Origin: Octopus vulgaris
Taxonomy: Eukaryota
Assembly: GCA_951406725.2 (NCBI GenBank)
Contig: OX597824.1
Span: 57,226,001 to 57,290,000, forward strand
DNA: 64,000 nucleotides
Direction of reading: 5' to 3'
Shown piece by piece: positions 14,111-28,435 of the stretch; within the stretch, counting starts at the first letter, position 1; each line of letters opens with the position of its first letter. The notes beneath the pieces were generated by a model. That model had not been told where the DNA came from and did no database searches. It saw only the letters and a list, made by a program, of their open reading frames with translations. The position numbers were made by a program, and so were the translations under genes.

Positions 14111-15265
14111 TTTGCTAGCTAGATATATGTTTGTGGGTGTATATATGAGTATATATGCTTAGATACATACATACATACATATATATATATATGCTTATAT
14201 ACATACATACATACATACATATATATATATACTCACACACGCACATATATACACTATATATATACACATACATATATTCATGCATAAGTACATTCATAGC
14301 ATATTTACATATATACAAGCATATATATAATGCACACAAGCACACTGACACAAACACACGTAAACATGCAATAATATATGTGATATGTGAGTGTGTGTGA
14401 GACACTATATGCGTATGCGTTTGTATGTATGTGCGCCCACACACACATATGTACATATATATATACATATATATTTGTGTCGTTGTATAGATTTTTTAGT
14501 TTCCTTTTCAACTGTTATGGATTCTATGCGAAATTTTGAATCGGAAAAGCTTATAGAAAAATTTCATTTATTGCACCACACACACACACACGCGCGAGCG
14601 CGCACGCACTTACTTACACACACATGTACACACACACGCATACACACACATGTACACACACTGGCACACATGTATATATTTATATATGTTTATATGCACA
14701 CAGAAAGACACAAATACAAATTTATTTCCATTCGACTATATTCAGTTCATACGATAATGAACACACAAGGCCCGTATAAGTCTACTAAGTCTAGCAATCA
14801 TGTAGTTATAATAAAGTGTGTGGAGAGAGAACTATAAACTTTCAGAAAATGTTTTTTACATCCGATCTAATGTTAAATATTTATACGTAAAAATATTGTC
14901 AATTTATTTTGTGTTAGACATATTTAAGTGATATGTTGGTGTTATATGTATTATGTACGTTGTATTTTTTGCGTATATTAGTGTGAGCTGCGTGTGTGCA
15001 AACGTATATTTATGTGTAGTAATATATTTATGAGGGTGTGTGTGTATCCGTGTGTACATATACATACATATATATTTTAACATGTGTATATATATTTACA
15101 TGCTTGTATGTATTATACATGCGTACATATATATATATTAATGTGTATATATACGCGCGCACACCAACACGGACAAAAATATTTTACTTAGATTATATGA
15201 AATATGTGTGTGTTTGCATATGTATGTATGTATATATGTCTATATATTTTTGCGTATATATATAT

Positions 15266-15356
<91 letters not shown>

Positions 15357-15366
15357 TAAATATATA

Positions 15367-15543
15367 TATTCTTTTATTATTTTACTTGTTTCAGTTATGT
15401 TGACTGCGGTCATGCTGGAGCACCGCCATTAGTCGAACAAATCGACCCCGGGACTTATTCTTTGTAAGTCTCGTCACTTTTTGCCGAACCGCTAAGTTAC
15501 AAGTACGTAAACACACCAAGATCAGTTGTTAAGAGACGGTGGT

Positions 15544-15584
<41 letters not shown>

Positions 15585-15601
15585 GAGTCTCACACACACG
15601 C

Positions 15602-15637
<36 letters not shown>

Positions 15638-15800
15638 GACGGGCTTCCTTCAGTTTCCGTCTACCAAATTCACTCATACGGCTTTGTTCGGCCCGAGGCT
15701 ATAGTAGAAGACACATGCCCAAGGTGCCACGCAGTGGGACTGAACCTGGAACCATGTGGATGAGAAACAAGCTTCTTACCACACAGACACTCCTGCGCCT
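15367..15800 (-). mobile_element. tRNA-type SINE, family A, with internal (TA)/(TG)n
   Basis: Reverse complement of 52558-52981. Confidence 0.85.
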
Positions 15801-15867
15801 ATTTAATATATATATACACATATACATGTATATGTGTATGGATGTGTATATGTGTGTGTATTTATAT

Positions 15868-15965
<98 letters not shown>

Positions 15966-16169
15966 GTAGGTATGCACGTGTACGAGGACGTTCATATTAG
16001 ATATGATGTGATTGTGTACGGAGTAGTTTTAACAGCTAAGGACTTTTTTTTAATTTAAATTTTTTAAATTTTCTATATCCGACGATAAAATTGTAAGATT
16101 ATAGTTTGCAGTAAGTTCTGGTTAAATGTTTAAAGCAAAAGCATATAATCTACCCGCTAATTTATTATT

Positions 16170-16709
16170 ATTATTATTATTATCATTATTATTCTATGTT
16201 TGACTTTTGCTTTATGTCTGTACAAGTTGGCTCCAAGTCTCACCCAGAGACCTCAAGAGACAACAGGTTGGAAGTTCTGTGCCATATATTTGGGTTTTTT
16301 TTTTTTTGGTGTTGTACTAGTGAATGTCTAATACATAAAAAAAAAAAAAATAAAAATAAAAAAAAGTTTGTTTTAAACCTTGGGATTACATAGAGAGTAT
16401 TTTGCGTAGGATATGAGCAGTTCCCATGAGCACTATCTTTTGAATTTCTGCCATTTTGGGGTTTCCTGGTATCTGAGTTAGGTAGCAATCAGTCCCTTTC
16501 GCTATCATTCCCAGGGCACCTATGACAACAGGAATTGTTTTAGTCTTCAACTTCCACATTTTGCTGATTTCTACTTCAAGATCTTTATATTTGCTCAGTT
16601 TTTGGTAGGTCTTGACAGATACGTTTATATCGATTGGGACAGTCATATCCATGAGGAGGCATGTTCTTTGTTTGAAGTCTTTCAATATGATGTCTGGCCT
16701 TTTTGCATC

Positions 16710-16710
<1 letters not shown>
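16170..16710 (-). mobile_element. R4/Dong LINE 3' fragment (RLE domain and 3'UTR)
   Basis: ORF 16386-16685 has KLSKYKDLEVEISKMW and IPVVIGALG; (ATT)n on both sides. Confidence 0.9.
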
Positions 16711-16776
<66 letters not shown>

Positions 16777-16899
16777 CATCATCATCATCATCATCATCAT
16801 CGTCATCGTCGTCGTCGTCGTCGCCGTTGTGGTCGTTGTTGTTGTTGTTGTTGCTGTTGCTGTTGTTGTCGTTGTCGTTGTTGTTATTATTATTATTAT

Positions 16900-17362
16900 T
16901 GAGTGAGAGAGCAGTTCATGCCATCAAAGTGACACTGGGGTAAAATATACGAAGCCCAATATACTCATCATGACTACCCGTCTGATAAGGGTACACCAGG
17001 CACATGCATCACGACCATTTGTGCGCGACATGGTGATCTCATATCAAGGTAAACAGCACATGACCTTGCAGGTGGGGCCCAGTTAGAATTTTCTTCAGGT
17101 TGAGTAGCCCATCCCGCTCAAAAGGTCCCTGAATAAGGGTTGTTTAAGGATGTTGAAAGAACCACCCATGTTTCCAGAGGTGAATTATTCAAACCCCAAA
17201 GAATCCCTCTATGATGCTCCCCCACTACTTCTGCTCGTGATCAGAGATGCACATATCGTCAGCCACTGAGGGACATGCTCAACTGGTTAAGGTCAAACAA
17301 CTGACAAGCAAATCTGTGGTATCGAGCTTAATATTTGCTGTAGCCCATCTTTTATACCAAGA
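16900..17362 (-). mobile_element. Copy of the (AAT)n-associated ~570-bp repeat, truncated
   Basis: Reverse complement of ~12995-13466. Confidence 0.8.
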
Positions 17363-17393
17363 CTATTATCATTATCATTATCATTATCATTAA

Positions 17394-17504
<111 letters not shown>

Positions 17505-18009
17505 CATTACTATTATTATTTATATACTGTTACAGTTTAGTTTTATTTAATCAACTAGACTCTGGAATGTATTTTAGCTTCTATTTCCGTTACATACAAC
17601 GTGAATATATATTTATATATATTCATGAGTGAATCTGTGTTGATACACGTCTGTATAGAAATTAGCTTAACTACGTCCATAATATGACACGTTAGTTGGT
17701 GAGGTGCTATTGAAGTCAAGTATGTGCTAATTACGTGTTCATTTAGTTTTAACGTGTATACTTAGCATTGTGTACATCCCGGGTGCCCACTGTACGTTTA
17801 CTGCGGAAACGTTTATCAAGAATGATGGATAGCGGTGGGAGTGAATGCTTTCTTTTGCCGCACCTTCTATGTATGCGTTCCGAGACCAACAATAATTGTT
17901 TTAAAATCTTCATATTCTAATTTTATTGTAAATATGTTTCCTCTTCATTATTTCATCGTATCAGTCTTTTAAATAATACAATACTAAAACTTAGTTATTC
18001 TCATATATA

Positions 18010-18045
<36 letters not shown>

Positions 18046-18075
18046 TGTATGTATGTATGTATGTATGTATGTATG

Positions 18076-18106
<31 letters not shown>

Positions 18107-18277
18107 ATATGTATATATACATATACGTATATGTATGTATATATATATATATATATATAACCAAAGCAATTAAGATTCAAGTCAATTCCAATGAATTTAC
18201 TTGAATGTGGTACTTAACTTAGATGCACCAGAAAAACTATATGGTGTTAACCATACAGTAATGTGGGGTGATTATAA

Positions 18278-19270
18278 ACGAGAAAGAAGCAACAAGAATG
18301 GATTAGTTTTTAGTACAATTGTTTCATACAAAGACAGGCTTTATTACAAGTTGCAAAAATTGCAGCAGATAAAAGTGTCCCGTACTCATCAGCTAAAATA
18401 CATATGAGTTCTCCAAACATCTTAGTGGGTGAGGCTATACTCATGAAGTATTGGAGATAATTTCATTAAAGGCAGATTTAGGTTGCAAACAGATTTCCAA
18501 AGTTCCTTAATGATGATGCACAGTCTTATCACAGGTTCTTAAAAGCTTATTAGCTTCACAGAGAAGGTGAATTAATCCGTAGTGTAGATTTAAATTTCCA
18601 GAGATATGAGGAGGATGATGCACAGACTTATCATAGGTTTTTAAAAACTTATTAGCTTCACAGAAAAGGTGAATTAATCCGTAGTGTAGATTTAAATTTC
18701 CAGAGATATGAGGAGGAATTTCATACTCATAGACGATGAATTTATCCATTGTTAATCCAAATACCTTATCATATAGCATGAAATTATTGTGGATTAACAA
18801 TGGATAAATTCATCGTCTGTGAGTATGAAATTCCTCCTCATATCTCTGGAAATTTAAATCTACACTACGGATTAATTCACCTTTTCTGTGAAGCTAATAA
18901 GTTTTTAAAAACCTATGATAAGTCTGTGCATCATCCTCCTCATATCTCTGGAAATTTAAATCTACACTACGGATTAATTCACCTTCTCTGTGAAGCTAAT
19001 AAGCTTTTAAGAACCTGTGATAAGACTGTGCATCATCATTAAGGAACTTTGGAAATCTGTTTGCAACCTAAATCTGCCTTTAATGAAATTATCTCCAATA
19101 CTTCATGAGTATAGCCTCACCCACTAAGATGCTTGGAGAACTCATATGTATTTTAGCTGATGAGTACGGACACTTTTATCTGCTGCAATTTTTGCAACTT
19201 GTAATAAAGCCTGTCTTTGTATGAAACAATTGTACTAAAAACTAATCCATTCTTGTTGCTTCTTTCTCGT
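18278..19270. repeat. Near-perfect ~1-kb palindrome (arms 18278-18759 / 18790-19270, 30-nt spacer) with a 102-bp internal tandem duplication
   Basis: Mirror-image ORFs 18507-18800 (-) and 18800-19042 (+); only a few mismatches; inside a (TA)n-flanked segment starting ~18160. Confidence 0.95.
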
Positions 19271-19411
19271 ATATATATATATATATATAAGAAAATGGAG
19301 GAACATATTTAAATCAATCATCAACTAGTAGATAATACCAATTCATATAATTTATTAACTAATTATATATATCCCATAGAGGGTTACACTCACAACCCCT
19401 ATCTCACTTTG

Positions 19412-19466
<55 letters not shown>

Positions 19467-19470
<4 letters not shown>

Positions 19471-19682
19471 ATCCAAACAAGAAACACAGAAAAAAAGAGA
19501 AAAAAACACAGCAACGCAGTACGTGGAACAATTAAAGTGTTATTGACGCTCAGGAAAGAAGGGAAGGATGGTTTAACGTTTCGAGCGGAGCTCTTCGTCG
19601 GAAACAAGGAGAAGGAAAGATCCCAAGGAGGGAAGACAGAGGAGACAATATTTGAGCTGGTGGTGCTTAAGAGATCACATAT
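19467..19682 (-). mobile_element. Short (TA)n-inserted element with a minimal hammerhead at 19571-19605
   Basis: GUUU CCGACGA A GAGC UCC GCUC GAAAC GUU AAAC; homologous to 21207, 28771 and 31690. Confidence 0.75.
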
Positions 19683-19702
19683 TGAATATATCACATATAT
19701 AT

Positions 19703-19750
<48 letters not shown>

Positions 19751-20536
19751 CATATATATGTGCGTGTGTGTGCGTATGAATACATACATAAATACATACA
19801 TACATATATACATACATACATATATACATACATACACACACACACTCACATACATGCTTATTTTAATTTATACATCATTAAATGTTATCTTTAGCTTGTT
19901 AAGCAAATCAAATATATTTTAAACAGCTGATACATGAAGCGAATTCTTTTTGTTTTTTACATGTATTCGATAGTAATCCGCTTTTTGACTTCAGGTCTTG
20001 AAGTCAATTAAATATTTATCTCCCAACGAAATGAAAAATGTATGATAGATTTATTTTTTCCAGTTCCGGTGATATAGATTTTAAATTAGTCTTATAAATA
20101 AAAATTTAACTGGAATTTTATTTACATTTGTGACATTTTTGGACTTATTGATGTATAACTATAGGATATATGTTTATTTACTTACATTTTATACCAGCTA
20201 GGTTATTATTTCCATTCCAATATTTAATAACTATTTATTATTATAAATATGCTTTCAATAAATTGTGTTTAATAAAACTTCCGTTGATAAACATTTCTTA
20301 CCAACAATTTAATTATCAGATAAAAATAAATTAGTTATACACATATTGGATTCAAAATTGTTTTGTGTGTTTAAAAGAAAGTTTATTAAAAGAATGTTTA
20401 TTAACATGTATGGATAAAAAAAAAAACATTTTGATCCTTTGAAATATTAAATAATATTACGATATTATAAATATACTTGCAATCTATACTTGATTTTAGA
20501 AAGCTGTTTACGACCCGATAGTTGCTTTTTAAATTC

Positions 20537-20920
20537 GGGCGCAGGAGTGGCTAACTCGCTTACCAACCACATGGTTCTGGGTTCAGTCCCACCGCGTGGA
20601 ACCTTGGGCAAGTGTCTTCTACTATAGCCTCGCGCCGACCATAGCCTTGTGAGTAGATTAGGTAGACGGAAACTGAAAGAAGCCCGTCGTATATATGTAT
20701 GTGTGTGTATATGTTTGTATCTGTGTTTGTCCCCCAACATCGCCTGACAACCGATGCTGGTGTATTTACTTCTCTGTAAGCTAGCGGTTCGGCAAAAGGG
20801 ACCGATAGAACAAGTACTAAGGCTTACAAAGAATAAGTACTGGGGTCGATTTGTTCGACTGATGGCGGTGCTCCAGCATGGCCACAGTCAAATGACTGAA
20901 ACAAGTAAAAGAGTAAAGAG
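20537..20920 (+). mobile_element. tRNA-type SINE, family A
   Basis: ggcgcaggagtggct...ggttcagtcccac...ccttgggcaagtgtctt...aaaagagtaaa. Confidence 0.85.
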
Positions 20921-21172
20921 TATTACTGATGTCACAATTTCGGGACCATAATCTCCGTAAGTTTTGATATTTCCCCCATTTATTATTCTAAATTTCTAAA
21001 TTTAATTTCCACTGTTTATAAAGCTGATTTCGGTCAATCTTCGGAACATATTTATTTCCCCGTTATTTAATAAATTATATTTCTAGTTACAGTATTGGCT
21101 ACTTTGTTTTCAGTTATTTTAAAGTGTAATTAAGTCATTTAAGAACGTTTTCTCTCTCTCTCACTCTCTCTG

Positions 21173-21206
<34 letters not shown>

Positions 21207-21208
<2 letters not shown>

Positions 21209-21410
21209 TAATCCAAACAAGAAAACAAAAAGACAACAACGCAAGGATGTGGAACAAATAAAGTATTATTGGACGCTCAGGAAAGAAGGGAAGAAGGAGG
21301 GTTTGACGTTTCGAGCGGAGCTCTTCGTCGGAAACACAGGAGAAGGAAAGATCCCGAGACGGGAGGACACAGGAAAAAAATCGCCGGTGGTATTCACGAG
21401 GTCACATACT
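21207..21410 (-). mobile_element. Short (TA)n-inserted element with a minimal hammerhead at 21301-21335
   Basis: GUUU CCGACGA A GAGC UCC GCUC GAAAC GUC AAAC. Confidence 0.75.
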
Positions 21411-21461
21411 AAAAGACGGAAGCGGTAAAAATGAAGGAAAATGTTTTTAAAAACAAGAGAG

Positions 21462-21508
<47 letters not shown>

Positions 21509-22948
21509 TGTGTGTGTATGGTGGACAATGGCTAGTAGCAGGCAGTAGTAGAATTAAGGAGTGGTGTGGGGGTACCCTAGCAAGTCAGAAAGGCAGGTCA
21601 GAAACAGGGAGGTATGTGTGTGTGTGCGTGTATATGTACCGTGTGTGTGTTTTGTTGTAGTATGTGTGTGTGTACGTGTGCGTTTTTTTGTGTGCATGGC
21701 GAGTACTTTGCTTAACTTAGTGTATGTGTGTGCGTGTACTTGTACGTGCGTGTGTGTGTATATATACGTATGTATAATTGTGTGCGTGTATGTATGTGTG
21801 TGCGTGTATGTATTGTTGTGTGCCGTATGGGATGTATGTGTGGGTTCATTTGTGTGTGTGTGCGTGTGTATGTATGTGCGTGTAGTTGTGTGTGCGTGTA
21901 GTTGTGTGTGCGTGTATGTGTGCGTTTGTATGTGTGTGTGTGTAAGCGTAAATGGATGTTATATGCGTGTATCCGTGGGGTTGTGGATTTTTTTTCGCGC
22001 GTGTGCGTGAGTATGTGTGCGCATGTTTTGGTGTGCGTATGTATGTGTGTGTCTGTGCTTATATGTGTGTACGTATGTGTATGTGTGCGTGCGCGTGGAG
22101 GTATATGTTGTGTGTATGTATATGTGTCGGTGTGTATGTGAATTAGTGTGTGTTTGTACGTGTGTATGTGTGTGCGCGTGTATTGTATATATATGTAAAT
22201 GTGTGTGTGTACGTGCGTGGGAGTGAATGCATGTATGTATGTGCGTGTGTGTACAAATGTAGGGGTTTATATGTGTCTTTATATGTTTATATGTGTGTAT
22301 ATATATATGCATGCAAGGACACACTTCGCAACTGAAAGATTGACGGAAAAGACTCTGGCGGTGCGGGCGCATGCGAATCTACAGGTACACACGCACACGC
22401 TCCGACGTACGCCTGAAATAAATCCAGACCCCACAGGCATGCGTGCATGCATGTATGTATGTGTGCGTGCGCGCGCGCATGCATCTGTGCGCGTGTGCAT
22501 GCGAGTGTGTATGTAGGTATGTGTGTGTGTGTATGTATGTATGCATGTATGTATGTATGTGTGAGTGTGTGTGTGTGTAGGTCTGTGTGTATGTATGTCC
22601 GTATGAGTGTATGTAAGTATGTGTGTGTGTATATGTGTATGTGTGTATGTGTGTGTGCGTGTATGTATGTGTGTATGTATGTATGTATGTATGTATGTAT
22701 GTATGTATGTGTGTAAGTGTGTATGTATGTGTGTGTATGTATGTATGTATGTATGTATGCATGCGTGTGTGTGTGTGTATGTATGTATGTATGTATGTGT
22801 GCATGCGTGTATGTGTGTATGTGTGTGTGTATGTATGTATGTATGCATGCATGTACGTATGAATGTGTGTGTATGCATATGTGTATGTATATGTGTATGT
22901 GCGTATATGTGTGTGTGTATGTATGTGTGTGTGTATGTTTGTGTGTGT

Positions 22949-23081
22949 GTTCGCTTTTAGTGCCTTATTATTTAACACCCTCACCGGTTCGATTTCCACT
23001 CATTTACTTATTTATTTCTTACTAAATAAGTAAATGAGTGGAAATGTGTGTGTGTTAAATAATAAGGCACTAAAAGAGAAC
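22949..23081. repeat. ~130-bp imperfect inverted repeat
   Basis: cttttagtgccttattatttaacac / gtgttaaataataaggcactaaaag and atttccactcatttacttattta / taaataagtaaatgagtggaaat. Confidence 0.9.
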
Positions 23082-23180
23082 GACGCTCCCAGGATACAAT
23101 AAAATATGCTTCAACACAACACTTCACATAAAGAATCATGCAAACCAAATACGAAAACAATGTTTGTGTGTGTGTGAGTG

Positions 23181-23239
<59 letters not shown>

Positions 23240-23465
23240 CTGTCTTTCTGTCTTTGTAACTGTGTTTGTTCAACCTATCACCGCATGACAACCGGTGTTT
23301 TGCTTACCTCCCCATAACGTAGTGGTTGGGCAAAAGAGACCGCTAGAATAAGTATTAAGCTCAGAAAACAAGTACTGGGATCGATTTCTTCGACTAAAAT
23401 GCTTCAAGACGGTGCACCAGTATGGCCGCAGTCAAGTGACTGAACCAAGTAAAAGTATAAAAGAT
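23240..23465 (+). mobile_element. SINE family A, 3' half
   Basis: Similar to 52790-52981. Confidence 0.7.
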
Positions 23466-23500
<35 letters not shown>

Positions 23501-23561
23501 ATATATGTACATATGTATATATATACATATATATGTATATATATATATGTATATATGTATA

Positions 23562-23603
23562 TATGTATATATGTATACGTATATCTATATAAATATCTAT
23601 CTA

Positions 23604-23654
<51 letters not shown>

Positions 23655-23695
23655 GTATGTATGTATATATGTATATATGTATATGTATCTCTCTC

Positions 23696-23750
<55 letters not shown>

Positions 23751-23915
23751 CACATGGTAACGTAATTCCAGTTCACTTCAATAATTAACACTTCATTCCA
23801 AAGTATATATATATTGAGTTCTAACAATATATATAACTCGCACACGCACACACACATACACACACACCACATATGTATATATGTATACGTATATCTATAT
23901 AAATATCTATCTATC

Positions 23916-23976
<61 letters not shown>

Positions 23977-24019
23977 GTATGTATGTATATATGTATATAT
24001 GTATATGTATCTCTCTCAA

Positions 24020-24087
<68 letters not shown>

Positions 24088-24208
24088 GCACATGGTAACG
24101 TAATTCCAGTTCACTTCAATAATTAACACTTCATTCCAAAGTATATATATATTGAGTTCTAACAATATATATAACTCGCACACGCACACACACATACACA
24201 CACACCAC
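23562..24208. repeat. Tandem duplication of a ~310-340-bp microsatellite-rich unit
   Basis: Identical unique core gcacatggtaacgtaattcc...aactcgcacacgc at ~23750 and ~24088. Confidence 0.9.
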
Positions 24209-24478
24209 GCACGCACACACCCACACACACACATATATGAAAAAGATGAATAGAAATGGCTTTTATGATAATTTTGGACTTTAATACTTCGATGTTAATA
24301 AATCAGTTTACAAATCTTTGCAAACGCCTAATAATTTATAAACATCTAATTATTAAAGTGGAATAAATAACAGAAAAGTGACTTATATTCATTTTTTCAA
24401 ATACGTAATACTGTACCAAGGATTTTCTATTTCTAATTCTATTATACACACGCACGCACTAACACACGCACGCACACA

Positions 24479-24513
<35 letters not shown>

Positions 24514-24638
24514 GAAAACGTGTGTCTGTATGTGATATTTAATATCATACACACAACTATATATATGATCTTATACTAAGACATACCATGGAAAATTTAT
24601 TAAACACAAGTTCAATATATTTATAATTATAAATAGCC

Positions 24639-25030
24639 ATTACCTCCGTCAAGGAAGGAGGTTATATTTTTATCAGCGTTGGTTTGTCTGTCTGTCCCTC
24701 TGTCTGCACTCTGTATGCAATTTAACTCAAAAAATTGTGAATAGTATTTGATGAAACTTGCCGGAAAAGTTGGTAAGAACACAAAGAACATATGAAATGT
24801 TGGTAATGATCCGGGAAGTTTATGGATTCTTGAAGGCGTTTTCATCTGTTATATTTACTTTACATGAAGTATTACATTGTTAGGTGCTGTGTTATTTTTT
24901 TTTACCCTCGCCAAGTAGGTTATGTTTTTGCCGGCGTTGGTTTGGGAAATTGGGCGATTTTCAGCATGCGTATATATGGGTGGAAATGAGCTGCTTGGCT
25001 GAAGTCGGCGCACTCCGAGTGCTTTTCTAG
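24639..25030 (+). mobile_element. Non-autonomous Helentron-associated (HINE/DINE-1-like) element with two nested 5' ends
   Basis: ttacctccgtcaagg...ggttat, (GTCT)n, second start tttaccctcgccaag at ~24901, sub-TIR cttggc, 3' hairpin gcactccgagtgc, then ctagtt. Confidence 0.7.
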
Positions 25031-25555
25031 TTAAATAATAGAATGAAATTAATAAACCTAGGTGATATAAAATGTATGTAAACAAACATATTTTTGCTAT
25101 AGATAGTCTCCAAAATATGAGAAAATGTATATAAAATTGCGGTTATAAATTCATTTACTTTTAAATGTAATTTAAAATTCATATCAAAAATATATATATC
25201 TATTATAAATTTTTAATTCGTTGAGAGACAAATATCGAATATTATATATAAACCTATATATAAACATACATGTGTATATATATGCCTGTATATATATATA
25301 TGTACTTACACACACATATATGTATGTGTGTGTATATATATATATATATATAAATAGATGAATGCATTATTCCTTTATTAACAATTAACACGGCAAAAAT
25401 AAATAAATAGTTACCAGGGTAGCAAAAAATCACACAAGTAAAGAGGTTGTAACTCCTTGGTTTTAAAGGTAGAAACTTCGGGTTTATGTGGAATTTTTTG
25501 TATTATATATAAATGTATAAATGAAGTTTAACGCAGGTATAATTCAAGTTCTTTT

Positions 25556-25642
25556 ACTTCCGACACATGTTTCGAAGATTTCACTGATATTATTCAAAAG
25601 AATAAAAGGTGTAAAGCAATGTAATCTTCTCTTCAGGGAAGT
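25556..25642 (-). ncRNA. Type I hammerhead ribozyme with intact core
   Basis: Stem I ACUUCC/GGAAGU; CUGAAGA; stem II GAAGAUU/AAUCUUC; GAAAC AUGU GUC with palindromic loop III. Confidence 0.85.
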
Positions 25643-25831
25643 GAAGATATGAAACTCATCAATAAGACATTTTTACAGAAAATGATGGATATGTATAGTG
25701 ATTTATTGAACGCTATTAATATTGTTTGAAAAAACGTTATATGATATAACGTCAGAAGTAGCCTATAGAAAGATGAGGGATTTTTTTTTAGTGAATGTTA
25801 AATATAAAAAGAAAATTAATGTTTAAAGTAT

Positions 25832-27200
25832 CTATAATGATAGAGAATACTTATATGAACTAAAGGTGTGTTTTTGCCAATGTTTACATCGGTATACACG
25901 CTCTATAACCGTGTTTACTAGAGGATTTTTAGAAAAAATAATGAAAAATAGTTCATAATTACAGAGAAGAAAGAATTCTTTGCCTTTGTCATAAGGTATC
26001 GAGATTGAGAGAATCAACCATTTTAAAATAAATTGTTCATTGCGGTCTTTTAGATCCCAAATTAATTTACTGAGCCCAATACTGTTACGTTTATTCCCAT
26101 CCCTAAATGTTGAGTAATAGATAGAAATTCTTTTAGATAACTCTAATGATGTGCTTCCAGTGTAAAATCGTACTTTACTACGAGTACTGATTATACACTG
26201 GTATTTAGAATTTTTAATTTTAGTGTTACTTGACATAAACTTAATTCTGTTGGAATTGACTTCAGATACAATAACCTTGTTAGCAATATTTCTAGAGGGC
26301 TAGATAGTATTAGCTAAATTAATGCTAGTATTAGTAAATGTATTAATATTTAACAGTTTGTTATTATGTAAAGAGATAATTTTAAAGAGACTTTTTGTGT
26401 TGGAAAAACCAATCCTAACCGTATGTGAATTGATGATAGTGTAATACCTAGAATTCTTAAGAAAATTCATAACAATAGCATGACGAAATTGGAATGGGAG
26501 ATTAGATTTAAATTGTCTCCCGTATGGAACAAGGAACCAAATATTTTTACTACTATTTATCTTATTTTTGGTGTAATTATTTTTGAAAGTCTTACATTTA
26601 CTTTTAGAATGATAATAGGGGATTAAATAAGGGTTATCTCCCTTCCTCCGCTTTGTATCTGTGCATAAGTTATGCTTGTTATCGATAATTCCTTTACAAC
26701 TAGACTTCATATCTACACTATTGACGTTAGAATAAGACTGAATAGAATCAATGTAGGAAATTTTCTCTGAATAACATGCTTTAAGTAAGGCAGAATTATA
26801 AAATTCAGCGCTATCATTGAAAATGTCAATATTAGCAGATAACCTAGATAATCTAAATGAAATATTCTTAACTAAGTTCTTAGTAATTGTCTTAGAATGA
26901 TTACTAAATTTGCTAATGTACTTAAGATTGGTTAATGGTTTATGATATAGGAAATAAGAGTTATTGTGCAAGTTAAGTGTAATATCTAAAAAGTTGGCCT
27001 TCGTCATATCATTATCAAAAACGATGCTTAAGCCCATCCTACGGAAAAACTTTACTAACGTATTCTTAATTTTTTGTACCTTGTGGTTGGAAACATTTTG
27101 GAAGTAAAGTAAACAATCATCACGATATAGACCTCCATTAATGTTAGGGAACTGTTCTGCCATTTCAAAAATGTATAAAAATATACCTGTAATATTTTCA
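25832..27200 (-). pseudogene. PLE reverse transcriptase and GIY-YIG endonuclease, disrupted
   Basis: Two consecutive ORFs with PLE motifs separated by stops or a frameshift. Confidence 0.85.
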
Positions 27201-27374
27201 TACATATATACATTTACATATATACATGTATGAAAATAAGACGTAAACGCATCAACACCGGTTGTCAAGGGGTTATGGGGACAAACAGATGTATGTGTGT
27301 GTGTGTAAATATATATATATATATATATAAATGAAAGAATGGAGTTGAACGACGATTTAACAAAATTCCTTTAT

Positions 27375-27455
27375 TCTCGACATATGTTTCGAAGACTGCA
27401 TATTCCTAATTTCGAAGGAATAAGGGGTGCATTATGCCGCCTTCTCATCAGGAAA
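27375..27455 (-). ncRNA. Type I hammerhead ribozyme
   Basis: UUUC CUGAUGA GAAG...CUUC GAAAC AUAU GUC GAGA. Confidence 0.8.
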
Positions 27456-27870
27456 GACAAGGAACTTATGTCAGCATCATGATGAACAAAAACTTTTAGA
27501 TGACTGCCCACACGGAGTCCATAGCGACTAATTTACTTAGTCCTGTGCTTTGTTGTTTTCTCTTATATCGGAAAGTTGAATAATGATTGGAAATCCTCTG
27601 GGCTAATTTAGAAGTAGTAGCCCCAATGTAGAAGACACCGGTACCGGAAGAAATTTTTTACTAGTGTAAAATTTCTTCCTATTCTTAGATCTCTCCCCTT
27701 CCAACCTTGTTTGAACTCTTGAACTTTCTAGAATCTTCTACATTCAACCATTTTTGACGTCACTGCTTAAACGGAATATTTTAAAGAAACACTCATTATC
27801 GCTATGGACTCCGTGTGGGCAGTCATCTAAAAGTTTTTGTTCATCATGATGCTGACATAAGCTCCTTGTC

Positions 27871-27951
27871 TTTCCTGATGAGAAGGTGGCATAATGCACC
27901 CCTTATTCCTTCGAAATTAGGAATATGCAGTCTTCGAAACATATGTCGAGA
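27871..27951 (+). ncRNA. Type I hammerhead ribozyme (inverted copy)
   Basis: tttc ctgatga gaag...cttc gaaac atat gtc gaga. Confidence 0.8.
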
Positions 27952-28149
27952 ATAAAGGAATTTTGTTAAATCGTCGTTCAACTCCATTCTTAAATTTATT
28001 TGTATTAAAAAAAACACACAAATTTCCACACGAAAGCACGTGATCTCTGCGCTTGGCATGTAGCTTCAACCGTGTTTTTCTGACGTGAATTTGCTTCCCG
28101 GGTATCGGTTAACCGAATTATCCATACTAGGATAATTCATTCAACTACT

Positions 28150-28209
<60 letters not shown>

Positions 28210-28212
<3 letters not shown>

Positions 28213-28372
28213 GACATGCTTCTTTCAGTTTTCGTGTAGTAAATGCACTCACAAGCCTTCGGTCGATCCGAGGTTATAGTAGACTACGCTTGCCCAAGGC
28301 GTCACGCAATGGGACTGAACCCAGAACCATGTAGTTCAGAAGCAAACTTCTAACCACACAGCAACGGCTGCA

Positions 28373-28375
<3 letters not shown>
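28210..28375 (-). mobile_element. SINE family A, 5' half
   Basis: Reverse complement of the tRNA-like head of 52558. Confidence 0.75.

Positions 28376-28435
<60 letters not shown>

Larger units (their letters stand above)
25360..27200 (-). mobile_element. 5'-truncated Penelope-like element: RT C-half, GIY-YIG and 3' region with a hammerhead
   Basis: GLYRDD, NFLDITLNL, YHKP and SNH in ORF 26300-27268; YQC...FYTGST, LSKLIWDLK in ORF 25832-26236. Confidence 0.92.
27335..27991. mobile_element. Deleted PLE with ~193-bp inverted arms (27335-27527 / 27799-27991); spacer holds a GIY-YIG fragment
   Basis: Near-identical arms; minus-strand 27530-27650 reads GVFYIGATTSKLAQRISNHYSTFR...STGLSKL. Confidence 0.85.

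Noticed and set aside
18507-19042. Twin ORFs with a 34-aa repeat
   Set aside because: A consequence of the palindrome plus the 102-bp duplication; no protein family recognised
23562-24208. Tandem duplication as a functional array
   Set aside because: Only two units with an identical core; recent slippage duplication or assembly artefact
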